Shown here in pieces: positions 52,081 to 64,000 of a stretch of 64,000 nt of DNA. Within the stretch, counting starts at the first letter, position 1; each line of letters opens with the position of its first letter. The position numbers and the translations under genes were made by a program. The stretch covers positions 37,014,001 through 37,078,000 of the forward strand of contig OX597830.1 in NCBI GenBank assembly GCA_951406725.2. The letters are read 5' to 3'. The notes under the pieces are model-generated. The model was not told the origin of the DNA. It saw only the letters and a program-made list of their open reading frames with translations, and searched no databases. This DNA is from Octopus vulgaris. Lineage: Eukaryota.

Positions 52081-52843
52081 TCCAGGTATTTGCATTATGG
52101 GATCTAGTTGTGTTTCCTCAGGTGATGTGCAAATATTGTCTCTATAAGTTTAAATCCTCGGCTTCAAGGACATCCTCTCTGTCTGTATGTATATATGTAT
52201 GTATGTATGTGGAACGACCAGAGTGAGTTTTCCAAGCTTCTGTACATTCGTAATCATCATTAGATTCATCTAATTAATTGTTTTCAGATTGACACCCAAA
52301 CACTCTAAAATATTCGTGTTGGCGCTTCCGGCGTGAATGCCAGGCAGTAAAACATGTTGTTTCCTATATTTCTGCCAGTGTGGATTGCGTCATAGCGCTG
52401 TTTTTCTCACATACTAGGGCCAACTGAACCTACTGTACTGTGTAGACGACAAAATGAAAAGCAAACAATGCACATGCGCGAAATCAAATATATAAAATAA
52501 CGACAATTTACCCATCGCACGCTGTGTGTATGTGTGCATCTGTGCGTGTATGTATATATATATATATATATATATTGTATACACATTATGCAATAATATG
52601 TATAATGCGTGCGTTTTGATTTCCTAACAAAATTTCCATTCTGCACTACTTCCTTAAAATGGTCGTCACATTTAGTTTGCACTACGTATTTAATTACCTA
52701 ACAACACATAAATACTACACTTTGGACTCCATATGGCGTGTTACGCTATCATTCGAGATTGCAAGCGAACTTTTATTTGAGGTCCATTTTACTATAACAT
52801 TAAAACGAATTATCCTGTTAAGAATCAGCCAGCTAAATAGTTT

Positions 52844-52884
<41 letters not shown>

Positions 52885-53019
52885 TTGTGTGTGTGTGTTG
52901 TGTGTGTGTGTATGTGTGTGTGTATGTGTGTGTGTGTATATATATATATAACGGAAACACCTTCTAGTCCTTTATGGCAATATAAGAAACAGTTATTTTA
53001 CACACACACACACACACAC

Positions 53020-53075
<56 letters not shown>

Positions 53076-53138
53076 AATCAATAAATGGTGGAGTTGTGTT
53101 CACCGTACGTGGAGAAATGATAGGCGAGAAAAAATTAT

Positions 53139-53252
53139 AAAAAGGCAGAATGCTAAATTGAATGTAAATTTTAATAAAAATGGGTGTATGGAAAAATTTT
53201 CCATACACCCATTTTTATTAAAATTTACATTCAATTTAGCATTCGCCTTTTT
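53139..53252. repeat. palindrome inside a (TA)n-flanked insert
   Basis: Perfect over 53148-53244 (48-bp arms, 1-nt centre at 53196), extending past a 1-nt bulge. Confidence 0.95.
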
Positions 53253-53268
53253 TAAAATGTTTCCTCGC

Positions 53269-53317
<49 letters not shown>

Positions 53318-54166
53318 CATATAGATATATATCGTGTACATATAGGCGTACGTTTTGATTTACTAACAAGATTTCCATTCTGCGCTACTTCCTAACAATG
53401 GTCGCCACTTTTATGAGAAATGTGTGCACTACGTTTTCTGAAATTGATCTGACAATCTTACATTAAGATCGACTGAAACACCTTCTAGTCCGTTATGGCA
53501 ATATAAGAAACAGTTCTTTTACACTGGGGAATGTCTCAGCTGTGTATCGTGATTTGCCGCAATAGATCATAATTTTCCACAATAGTTCATACGGTATAGC
53601 ATGCAAAATGGATTTATCATAATAACAAAATCTTTTTGCATTTACTTCGTACGTGCTTTTCTAAAGGTAGACACTTTTATCTATATTCCAGCTTAAGATA
53701 ATTCAATTTCCCTATCAGCAGTTACCATTTGCTACTAAGGTAACATCTACTGACAAAACGATCTCTACTGTGTTCTCTATTAAGCGCATTTAAGTACAAT
53801 ACACATGCGATATAAACTGTATACAATCCCTCGCATTGAAACGAAATATATTCTGAAAGAAATACAAACTACATTAAAAAAAGCAAAAAGACAGGCAAAC
53901 TTAGCAAAAAATAAAGAATAAACAAGCAAATATAGTTACACGGTCTTGCATACTTACGTCTCATAATTAATACGTAATACTCAAAAGAAAAGTATTATAG
54001 GATTACGAAGCTTTTAGCAAAACGTCGTTTAGCTCTGTATCATGGAGAGGTATCGATAACTGCTAAGCTGATCGTGATGATATACTTGAATCCATTTGCT
54101 ATCTCAAGGAAGGAACAGGAGAATAAAAAGATCACACATACTTATATGTGTACATGCATTGGAAAT

Positions 54167-54682
<516 letters not shown>

Positions 54683-55147
54683 AAATCTTTTGACGCAAGT
54701 ACATACACATACACCAATACAACAGCATCATCTACTCGCATTCTTCACGTCCATCTCTCTATCTCACACATAATCTTTCTCTCTGTATAATCTGGGAATG
54801 TATCTACATCTACACGCACACATAAACACACACTCCAGACATGCATTATTTTCATCAAATATATTTAGAATATTCTCTGAGAGTCACATGACAAAACGGT
54901 CTTAAAAAACTTTACATTTTCTCTCCCCCCTCGGTAATCTTGTGTCTCAATCCGTTTCTAAATTTTCTGCTAAACACATCATTAAAACTTTATTAGAATT
55001 TTAATTCTCCGGAATGAAGACTCTACAAACAATTATTTTCCAACACACGCTAATCTACATCGACCAGAGAAATCGCAGACAATTTTCAAATGCCGACAGT
55101 ATTGTCACTCTTTGGACGAAAACTACCTGTTTCCAGAAGAGCAGACC

Positions 55148-55960
55148 AAAGAATTAGACCAAAGCCAAACTTACAAATACTTTGGAATCTATGAACTAGA
55201 TAAGACACAACACACACAAATGAAAGAGAATATAAAAAAGAATATTATAGACGAGTTAGATCAATACTAAAAACAGAGCTCAAAGCTAAAAACAAGATAA
55301 TAGGTACTAACACTTTAGCTGTCCCAGTTATAAGTTACAGCTACAATATCCTTAACTGGACACGAAATGAACTGACCAAAATAGATAGGAAAACAAGAAA
55401 AATAATGACAGGATATAGGATGCATCACCCAAAATCTGACATAGAAAGACTATATATACAACGTGTAGAAGGTGGTAGAGGCCTTATACAGCTGGAAAAC
55501 TACTATAAAATAACCACCATAGGACTGCAAAAATATCTACTTCAGGAGGAAGGAAAACTGATACGAATAGCGGCAAAACACGAGCAAAACAAAAAACTGT
55601 TCTCAGTATTTAAGGAAGTTGACAAATACAAACAAGAAATCATTCCACCTAATAAATATGAAGAAAAAGAAGAAGACGAAGAAACAACAAAAGCTATAAA
55701 ACAAATGAAATTCAAACTAAAACTAGAACAGCAAAGAACCATGATAAAACGATGGCAAGAAAAGCCCCTTCATGTTAAATACTGGACTAAACTAAATGCA
55801 AAAGAAATAGACAAAGAAAAATCCCAGCAATGGTTGAGAAGCTCAAGACTCAAAGCAGAGACAGAGGGATTTTTAATTGCAGCACAAGACCAAAGCCTCC
55901 CCACCAGAAATTACCAAAAACATGTAATGAAAACAAATATTACAAGTAACTGCAAAATAT
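55148..55960 (+). pseudogene. internal fragment of the same R4/Dong LINE
   Basis: Near-identical to the reverse complement of about 47483-48301 (KELDQSQTYKY...NITSNC). Confidence 0.92.
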
Positions 55961-56597
55961 ATAACACACACCTAAATGAAGATGTATTTATATACGTATA
56001 CATCTATACATCCATATGTATATGTATGTATACTCATACATACACATACACACATATTTATACAGTAGTTTGTCATATACGCAATTTAGTAAGATTAAAA
56101 ATTTTGAATAGGCGAGAGTATTCAAAATGTTAGCAAGCAAACGTCAATCAAGAGTTGCTTAGAATCCAGAAAAGGTTTTTAAGCAATATACGTAATTTTA
56201 ATAAAAGGAACCAACAAAAATTTTGTGAAGTATAGATGGTACAGATATGAGTGCGCCTTGTCTTTGAAACCAACTAATGAAAAACAAGAGATAAATATAT
56301 CAGATATCTCCTCATAAAAACATATTTTACTCAGTATTGACAAGACTTGCAAGCGATCAGTATCTATATGAAAGAAGAGATGTAGAGTCGCCATTTTAGA
56401 ATATCAACCATGGTGGCTTGGGAAAGTAAAATATCTAAATGAAAGATTTTGCGTATAAAAGCACGCACAAAAACTCATTTACGCACACAGGGTCGTATGT
56501 AATATAATGTACTATACTATAACATAAATAAGTGTGTGTGTGTGATTGTACATGTGTATATATGCGATCACACGCACACACACACTCACACTCATGT

Positions 56598-57046
56598 ATA
56601 CTCTTTTACTCTATTACTTGTTTCAGTCATTTGACTGCGGCCGTGCTGGAGCACCGTCTTTTAGTCGAGCAAATCGACTCCAGGACTTATTCTTTGGAAG
56701 CCTAGTACTTATTCTATCGGTCTCTTTTGCCGAACCGCTAAATTACGGTGACGTAAACACACCAGCATAGGTTGACAAGCGATGTTGGGGAGACACACAG
56801 ACACACAAACATATACACGCGCATACACACACACACATATATACCAAATCTACTCACAAGGCTTTGGTCGGCTCGAGGCTATAGTAGAAGGCACTTACCC
56901 AAGGTGCCATGCAGTGAGAATGAACCCGGACTCGGAACTATGTGGTTGGTAAACAAGCTACTTACCACACAGCCACTCCTGTGACCAGCTACCTACCACA
57001 CAGCCACTCCTGCGACCAGCTACTTACCACAGCCACTCCTGCGGCC
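56598..57046 (-). mobile_element. family B SINE with triplicated 5' head
   Basis: Matches the other copies; about 31-bp head unit repeated 3 times. Confidence 0.85.
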
Positions 57047-57067
57047 TATATATATATATATATGAAT

Positions 57068-57225
57068 ATATGAGGGTGTCCTGAAATGTTCATGGGTAAG
57101 TATTTTGTGTAAGAGGAAATACAAGAGGATCAAATAATTATGATTTTATTCAGCATATTCCCCTCTCAGATTGACACATTTACTGGAGTGGTCCTTCAAT
57201 TTTTCTAAGCACTGTAAAGAATTTC
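57068..57225 (-). mobile_element. mariner 3' end fragment
   Basis: KCVNLRGEYAE* C-terminus and a TIR-like tatgagggtgtcctgaaa. Confidence 0.6.
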
Positions 57226-57251
57226 AAGCCTATATATGTGTGCGTGCATTT

Positions 57252-57450
57252 AAAGGTGGTGAGCTGGCAGAATCGTTAGCGCCCCGTGCAAAATGCTTAG
57301 TGACATTCCGTCTGTGTTCAAATCCCCTGAAATCGATGTTCCCTTCCATCTTTTGGGGTTGATAAAATACGTGCTAGTTGATCACTCGAGTCAGTGTAAT
57401 CAACTTTCACACTCCTATGAATATTACCGGCCTTGTGTCAAAATTAGAAA
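57252..57450 (+). mobile_element. family A SINE (old)
   Basis: aaggtggtgagctggcagaatcgttagc head. Confidence 0.7.
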
Positions 57451-59485
57451 AGAAAAAAATATATGTTTTTAACCTGGAGCTGAGAAGTTCCTCTTCACTT
57501 ACAGTAAACTACAGATTTCTAACATAGGTGCCAGGTTGTCAATTCTGGACCGAGTTCTGGTTAATTATATAGCTTTCAGTAGTTTATTGTTACATATTTT
57601 TGTCAAACAAGAAATGTAAGGTGGACTTAAAACTGAACGTAAGCACAAGAAACTCTGTATCATAGTGCATTAGTACCATGTCTCTACCAATCGACTACCA
57701 AACCACCTGCCAATTCGCCTCCGTTCGATGAAAGATCTATAGCCTAAGATTTTTAACACGTTGCTTTTCGAGTGACCAGAAGCAATAATTATAATATATA
57801 ACTAAAAGTTGCAAAACGTATGAACCATACGTGTGCTGAATTGGGACAGACGTTGGAATATGGGACGAAAGAACCATCGAGGTCAAGTTTGCTTTTCAAG
57901 GACGGTGGTTTTGTGAAATCGTCAGTCTGTTGGACAAGATGCTCTTCGCCTTTTGAACTGAAATCCCGACATGCCCCATTTGAATTGTAGACTTAATCCA
58001 ATGTCTATTTTAACATCATTATATGCTTCTTAGGTGCGTTTAACAGAGTTCACTTTCTCACAAGCATTCGGACGGTATTTCCGTGTTTCAGGATAATCTC
58101 TCCATCCTTCTTACAAATCTAAAGTAAGCTGAAACTAGCCATGTGCAATATCCTTTCCTCTAATTGATAAAAAGCAGCTTACTTTCCTTAGAACAGTTTC
58201 AGACATTGTTGTTGACTGCCGTGGATACCTTGAAGCTTAAAAGAGGATTTGAAACAATTTAAGCAATTATTCAGGAAACGCTCTTTTTATATCGCAGTTG
58301 TTATAACTACTCACGGTAGCTCACGGTGTCTATTATTTTCTTAGCTTACTAGACAACAGATATATTTGCAGTGATATGTATGATCGATCGAATCTGTAAT
58401 GAAAGCTTTCCAGTAGTGACCGTCCAGTCATTTTTGTAACAAAAATAATGTTCCTAGGTCTATTTATGGTGTCACGAGAACTTTAGTGGCCTTTCTACGG
58501 GAGTCAGAAAACACAACAATTGATCAGTAACGAAATACGCAGTCGACTATAACATTGTAATTATGTATGAGAACACGGTTTTGAAGTAATATTGATTATC
58601 TTTTAGTGACGGGGGAGTTCTTCTGAAAAGTAAGGCTTAAGCTATAATTAACATTTGTATTTTCATACACTATGAATGCCACCAGACCTAGTGCAACAAC
58701 AGCAAGTTGCTATTTGAAGAATTCTAAAATCCTAGGAAACCAGTAATAATTCATGCTTTATGTTGGTAATTAGATTTATTATTGCTGGGCGAAGCAAATG
58801 TCTTTTTCAGGTAGGAATATGGCTTGTTACAAATAGCTACGTCAACAATTTATAACTTTCAAGTGAACACTTTGAAGGGGTAAAAATAATCTATTCTAAA
58901 GTGCCACGTTTTGAAAACTTTCAGCAGTTGTTTTCTGGCTCCATATTTACCTCTCTATTGATTTATCACACAGTTGCCATCCCAACAATGCTGTCATCAG
59001 TTTCGTGTGATTTAGATTTTAGATTTCGCGTTTCAGATAATTTCAGGGCACCTAGACTTTGAATATTTTTTTGTGAATTTCTGTCGCATGATCATACGCT
59101 GAACAATTTAGTTTAGTTATCAATTATTGATATTGATGGAGTGATTATTATGAACGCCTAAATCATTACTTGGTTAGTCACCATTATTATCATGGTCCTA
59201 TGATCGAATTCGAATTAGTCTCACAAATTGTTAGTTCAAGAAAGTGTCCATTCCGCTTTAGTATTAGTTAGTATAGTACATACACTATTATAGATAGTGA
59301 AGCTGTAATAGAAATAATTTTCTATACAAGAAGCAATAAGGTAGTAAACTCAACACTAGGCGTAACAGATTGGGTTCTCATTACTATATATATTATTGTT
59401 AGGTTGGTTGCAATTTTTAAAATAGAAAATATAAAGGATGGTGCCTTGTAATTTCAAATTTCATAGAATATATATCAATATGTAG

Positions 59486-59694
59486 GTGCAAGTATGACTG
59501 TGCTGTTAAGGAGCTCGCTTTGCAACTAACGTGATTTTAAGTTCAGTACCAATGAGCGGCACCTTGGGCGAGAATCTTCTAAAATATCCTAGGAACATAC
59601 AATGCGTTGTGAGTGAATTTAGTAGACTGAAACTGTGAATAACTATAGTATATACATCTCTCTCTCTCTCAACTCCCTCCTTCCCTCCCTCCCA

Positions 59695-59772
<78 letters not shown>

Positions 59773-60250
59773 GTGTTTCTACAGGCTCCCCTCCACCGTT
59801 TAACAACCAGTGTTGGTTTGTTTACGCCGATCTAGTAGATTAAAAAATAAATGCACCCTTTTAAAGCCTAGCCAGGCTCATGGGCCCGGTTTCCCGCTTT
59901 CAATGGCGTATATGTTCCCCAGCTGGACGGGACGCCAGTCCATCGCAGCGTTACTTATTTTTGCCAGCTGAGTGGACTGGAGCAACGTGAAATGAAGTGT
60001 TTTACACAAGAACACAACTCGTCCCCCGGTCCAGGAATCGAAATCACAATCTTCCAATCATGATGCTGACACCCTAATCACTAAGCCATGCGCCTCCACA
60101 GCTCTTATAAATTAGAGGTTCGGAAAGAGATCGATGAAATAAGTATTAGACTTAAAATTAAGTACTAGGTCGGTTTATTTGATAAAACTATTGAAGGAAG
60201 TGTCCCAGCATGGCTGCAGTCTAATGACTGAAACAAGTAAAAGATTAAAA
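59486..60250 (+). mobile_element. old family B SINE interrupted by a family C SINE (59845-60100, -)
   Basis: The B head and tail flank a C copy homologous to 5524-5763. Confidence 0.7.
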
Positions 60251-61168
60251 AATGGTTTCCTTAACCAAATATTCTCACCTGTTTTGCATGATGCTAACTG
60301 ACAAGGATAGCTCTGGTTTGCGTTCCGAACTCCCACCCCCCGCAATCATAAGGCCACTGCAAGTTATATATGCAAGTTTGCATCTCCATCTTTAAAGTAG
60401 ATCTAAGTCTAGTCTGAGATTCGCTGTTGTAAATACTACAAATTGACATATAGAGATAAATATTAGAAGCAACTGCGTGAGGACAAAGGAAGTAAGATTG
60501 GAATCGATATAAGTATGTGTCAATACGAAAATGAATATATAAATTTTCTTTCCACTAATATGCCATAAACATTAATATATATAAGTGCCATTACATTAAT
60601 AACAAGCCAGCGAGCACGGCATATTAAAACAATTCGGTTCACTCACATTTTTGCCAAACACTATTGGCAGGTTATAAACTTAGCAATTTCAATGTTCTGA
60701 GTGATCTCAGACGATCAACATTTTATGAAATCTTTGTCGGTGATTAGATTGGAAATATAAAGCTAAGCACAAGAAAAGAACAAAATAGGAAAGCAGAATG
60801 ATAATTTCTCTAATATTGCTTGATTCCAACTCTGTTTCTTTGTGATGACTTCAGAACACACGTAAACATTATTTTTCTAAATTATACTACTACTACGACT
60901 ACTTCATACGTGTGTACATTACCATGAAGGTTAATTCGATTAGCTATAGAAATCGAAAGTATTAATTAGTTTATGTGGAAAAGGTTTTAGTTTTTAATTG
61001 TTTTCAGAAGACATGCAATATAGTGAAACTTAGAGACGATGATTGAAGTGATTCCATGCAGGAAGTTCTACTAACTTAATCTTAGACATAAAAGAATGGA
61101 TTTTGACACAAGCGTAAACTTAACATGTTCTAATTATTGGAAGAAGTGACTTTTCTTTCTTTCTTACC

Positions 61169-61212
<44 letters not shown>

Positions 61213-61290
61213 CACACATATATTTGTGTGTGAGTGCGTATATGCATTTACATATACATACATATATATACACACATACGCGTGTATATA

Positions 61291-61353
<63 letters not shown>

Positions 61354-61381
61354 GTATATATATATACATACATACATACAT

Positions 61382-61435
<54 letters not shown>

Positions 61436-61436
61436 A

Positions 61437-61478
<42 letters not shown>

Positions 61479-61719
61479 CATATATGTATACATATTTATG
61501 TATACACACAGATACACACATACACATACACACACACATATAAATGCGAGAAGCATACCAGAAGCCTTGAGACATCTTTACGAGAGGAAGTTCTGTCCTA
61601 GATTATTGTAATTTTCGTATATAATTACTATAAATCTAATATTCTCACCTGCCAACTGCAACACCACTTTGACGGCGGCACCTCACGAAACACTACTTGC
61701 TTTAGCTGATTTGCTTGAG

Positions 61720-62330
61720 AATGCAGTCGGTGCGTGAATGCAATGTCAAACTAGGCAAAAACGCTGCCGGAACTTATGGAATACTCCAAACTGCTTATGG
61801 ATTGTCTTGCATGGGCCGAGCATCTGGTTTCCACTGGCACAAGAGGTTTAAGGACACTAAAGAGGAGGTCAGAGACGATGAGGTGTGTGTGCGGGTGGGG
61901 TGGGGGAGATGTCAGAACATCAGAGTTAGTTGAGAAAATTTGGATTTTTTTCTCGATGAATACCGTCATATAAAATAAGCATACTGCTTAGAGTTGGTGG
62001 GACAACAGAATTATACATCTGTAAAGTTTATTCCCAAGTTACTCAGAAACGAGCATCCTGGTAAGCGACTACTTGACAGAGATGGGCATCAAAGTGTTTC
62101 GTCTTCCTTACAGTCCATACATTGCTCTCTGTGACACCTGGTTGTTTCTGAAGCTGAAGGATAACCTCCTGGGGAGTCGTTTTGAAACCGTAAAAAGACA
62201 GTGACAAGAGTCTCGGTCATCTTCACACTGGAAAACTTTCATGGGACCTGGGACCTTCACGAATAAACCACAGCTCTACAACGAATAAAATTGAAGTCCG
62301 AGGATCTTACTTTGAAGGAGATTAGAATTT
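61720..62330 (+). pseudogene. mariner transposase remnant
   Basis: KLGKNAAGTYGILQTAYG...WHKRFK...VRDDE and LPYSPYIALCDTWLFLKLK. Confidence 0.75.
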
Positions 62331-62499
62331 TATAATTTTCTGAATCAATAAATGTGTTTCCTGTAAATATTACTTGTACGTAAATACAAACACATATACA
62401 CACATATATGGGCGTTTGTTAGCTTCTATTTCTTCTTTCTTCTTTTAATGTTTTCTCTGACGGTTGATATATTTCCTTTCTCTGTTCACTTTCACTTAC

Positions 62500-62888
62500 A
62501 TCAAGATATTACCATAGTGCTGACGGCAGAGGTGGTCTCTACATCCTGGGTATTTGTTTCTCACTCATTTGTTTTCGAGAGTGATGATAATATGTGTGTT
62601 CCAACCATCCAAGAACTGTAGGGCCTCTCATGATACTGTTGGCAGTTTCTGCTGTTGGTATCATCTTCCACTCTACCGTTATTCTTTTAATTTTCAAAAT
62701 CCTCAGAGCAGAATACTCTGAAGATATTTTTGTTGTCACAAGTGTAACAACTGGGGTTTTCTGTCGCCTCTGTATCGTCAGTCTTATTGCCTTTGATCTT
62801 GTGGCGACAAAAGTGCATAGGTCCTGTGATCTCTGGAATGGTGTCTGGAATAGTCTCTGGAATGGTCTCTGGAATGACCATATGATAT
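62500..62888 (-). other. candidate exon of an unknown (possibly non-coding) transcript
   Basis: Non-repetitive block bounded by ctctcattcAG and GTAAGT on the minus strand; no recognisable protein. Confidence 0.25.
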
Positions 62889-64000
62889 CTGAATGAGAGA
62901 TCATAATGCTTTTCATTCTATGCTAACTCTTTACACCCACGTTCTTCACATTACACGAGCACTTCTCACCAATTCACATTGTTTTAGAAAGTTGGTAACG
63001 ACAATAACAATATCAGTTGATAAAATTATGACTTTTTGACTTCTCTTGTGCTACAATATCTACTGTGACGCAACGTTACATGAGCGAGTGTGTTAGGACA
63101 ATCACCGTTTGTACTCGCTCGTGAAGGTCATGTAGAGAATATCGAAGGATTTGTCTATCCCTGTGTAAAAATTGTAAGCTCATATATCAGCAAGGGCCTC
63201 CCTTAGTTAGGTGTTGAGGCTAGAGAAAATTGACTCCATCTTTCAAGAGACAAAGGAAAATTAAATTTTACTTTGTCTACTCGTATAAGAGCTTTTCAAT
63301 AAGGACAATATTGGTTTAAGAATATTTTTTTGCCACTGTTCCAATTTTAGGTTCTGCCTCTTTAATTTCCACAACTGATTGATGGAGAAAATACAGGACA
63401 GGTGCAGACTTGGCAGAAGTACCTTTAATTGGGTATTTCTCGCTCGGCGATATTTATTCATGTGTAGCTGCTAATGTTATTACTGTTTCCGTCGTCGTTT
63501 TTGTCGCTAAGACGACTCAAGTATTGAATGTCTAAAAGAATATGTCTGGCTATAAAACAAACTTGTTTGTGTCGTTTCGCTTCGTAGTTATTTTGCTTTT
63601 GTTTCATAGTATGGGGTGGTTCCTAAATTCATTTGCTGCCGGTAAGAATCTAATCAATCCTTCTCCACAAAATGTCTAAATAAATCTATTTAAGCTTTTT
63701 CTGTGAAATACAATTTAATAAATTACTTGCTTTTTAAAAGTGTTGCTTCTAAAATTATTAATAGAAACACTTCAATACAGTCTTAACATTCAGCGACGTT
63801 TAAGTCAAATTGAAAAAAAAACAAAAAGCAAAAATAAAGTATTCAATAGAATTTGTACTTTCTCAAATTGAAGTGAAAATTAATTCAATAAAAAAAAAAC
63901 CTCATTAGTGCGATCAAAACGCATTAGGTATTTAAAGATTTAATCACAAGTTTTAAAATCCCTGGAAAACCGAAGATTATCTACAGCCAGAGCAGAACCA

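Noticed and set aside
63261-63461. 66-aa minus-strand ORF near a CpG-containing patch
   Set aside because: No motif or strong splice signal; within chance expectation.

Overview
This is AT-rich, microsatellite-dense eukaryotic DNA with no recognisable intact host gene. The repeat families look like those of an octopus (coleoid cephalopod) genome; that is an inference from remembered SINE consensus sequences, not a search result. Nearly all ORFs in the supplied track are translations of (TA)n, (CA)n, (CTAT)n or (TTA)n. Real coding signal is limited to transposon relics: an R4/Dong-type RLE LINE with a 577-aa ORF inside (TAA)n and a second fragment of it, a Helitron PIF1 helicase, several Tc1/mariner/maT transposases, Tx1-like, HERO-like and CR1-like LINE pieces, and a probable DIRS fossil. 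Three tRNA-derived SINE families fill much of the rest. The most striking unexplained structure is a recurring class of short inserts inside (TA)n tracts. They carry minimal type-I hammerhead ribozyme motifs of the Penelope-like-element type, often fold back into long near-perfect palindromes (4605-5074, 25995-26378, 28320-28436, 51418-51778), and belong to several unrelated sequence families. Coordinates of degenerate repeats are approximate.
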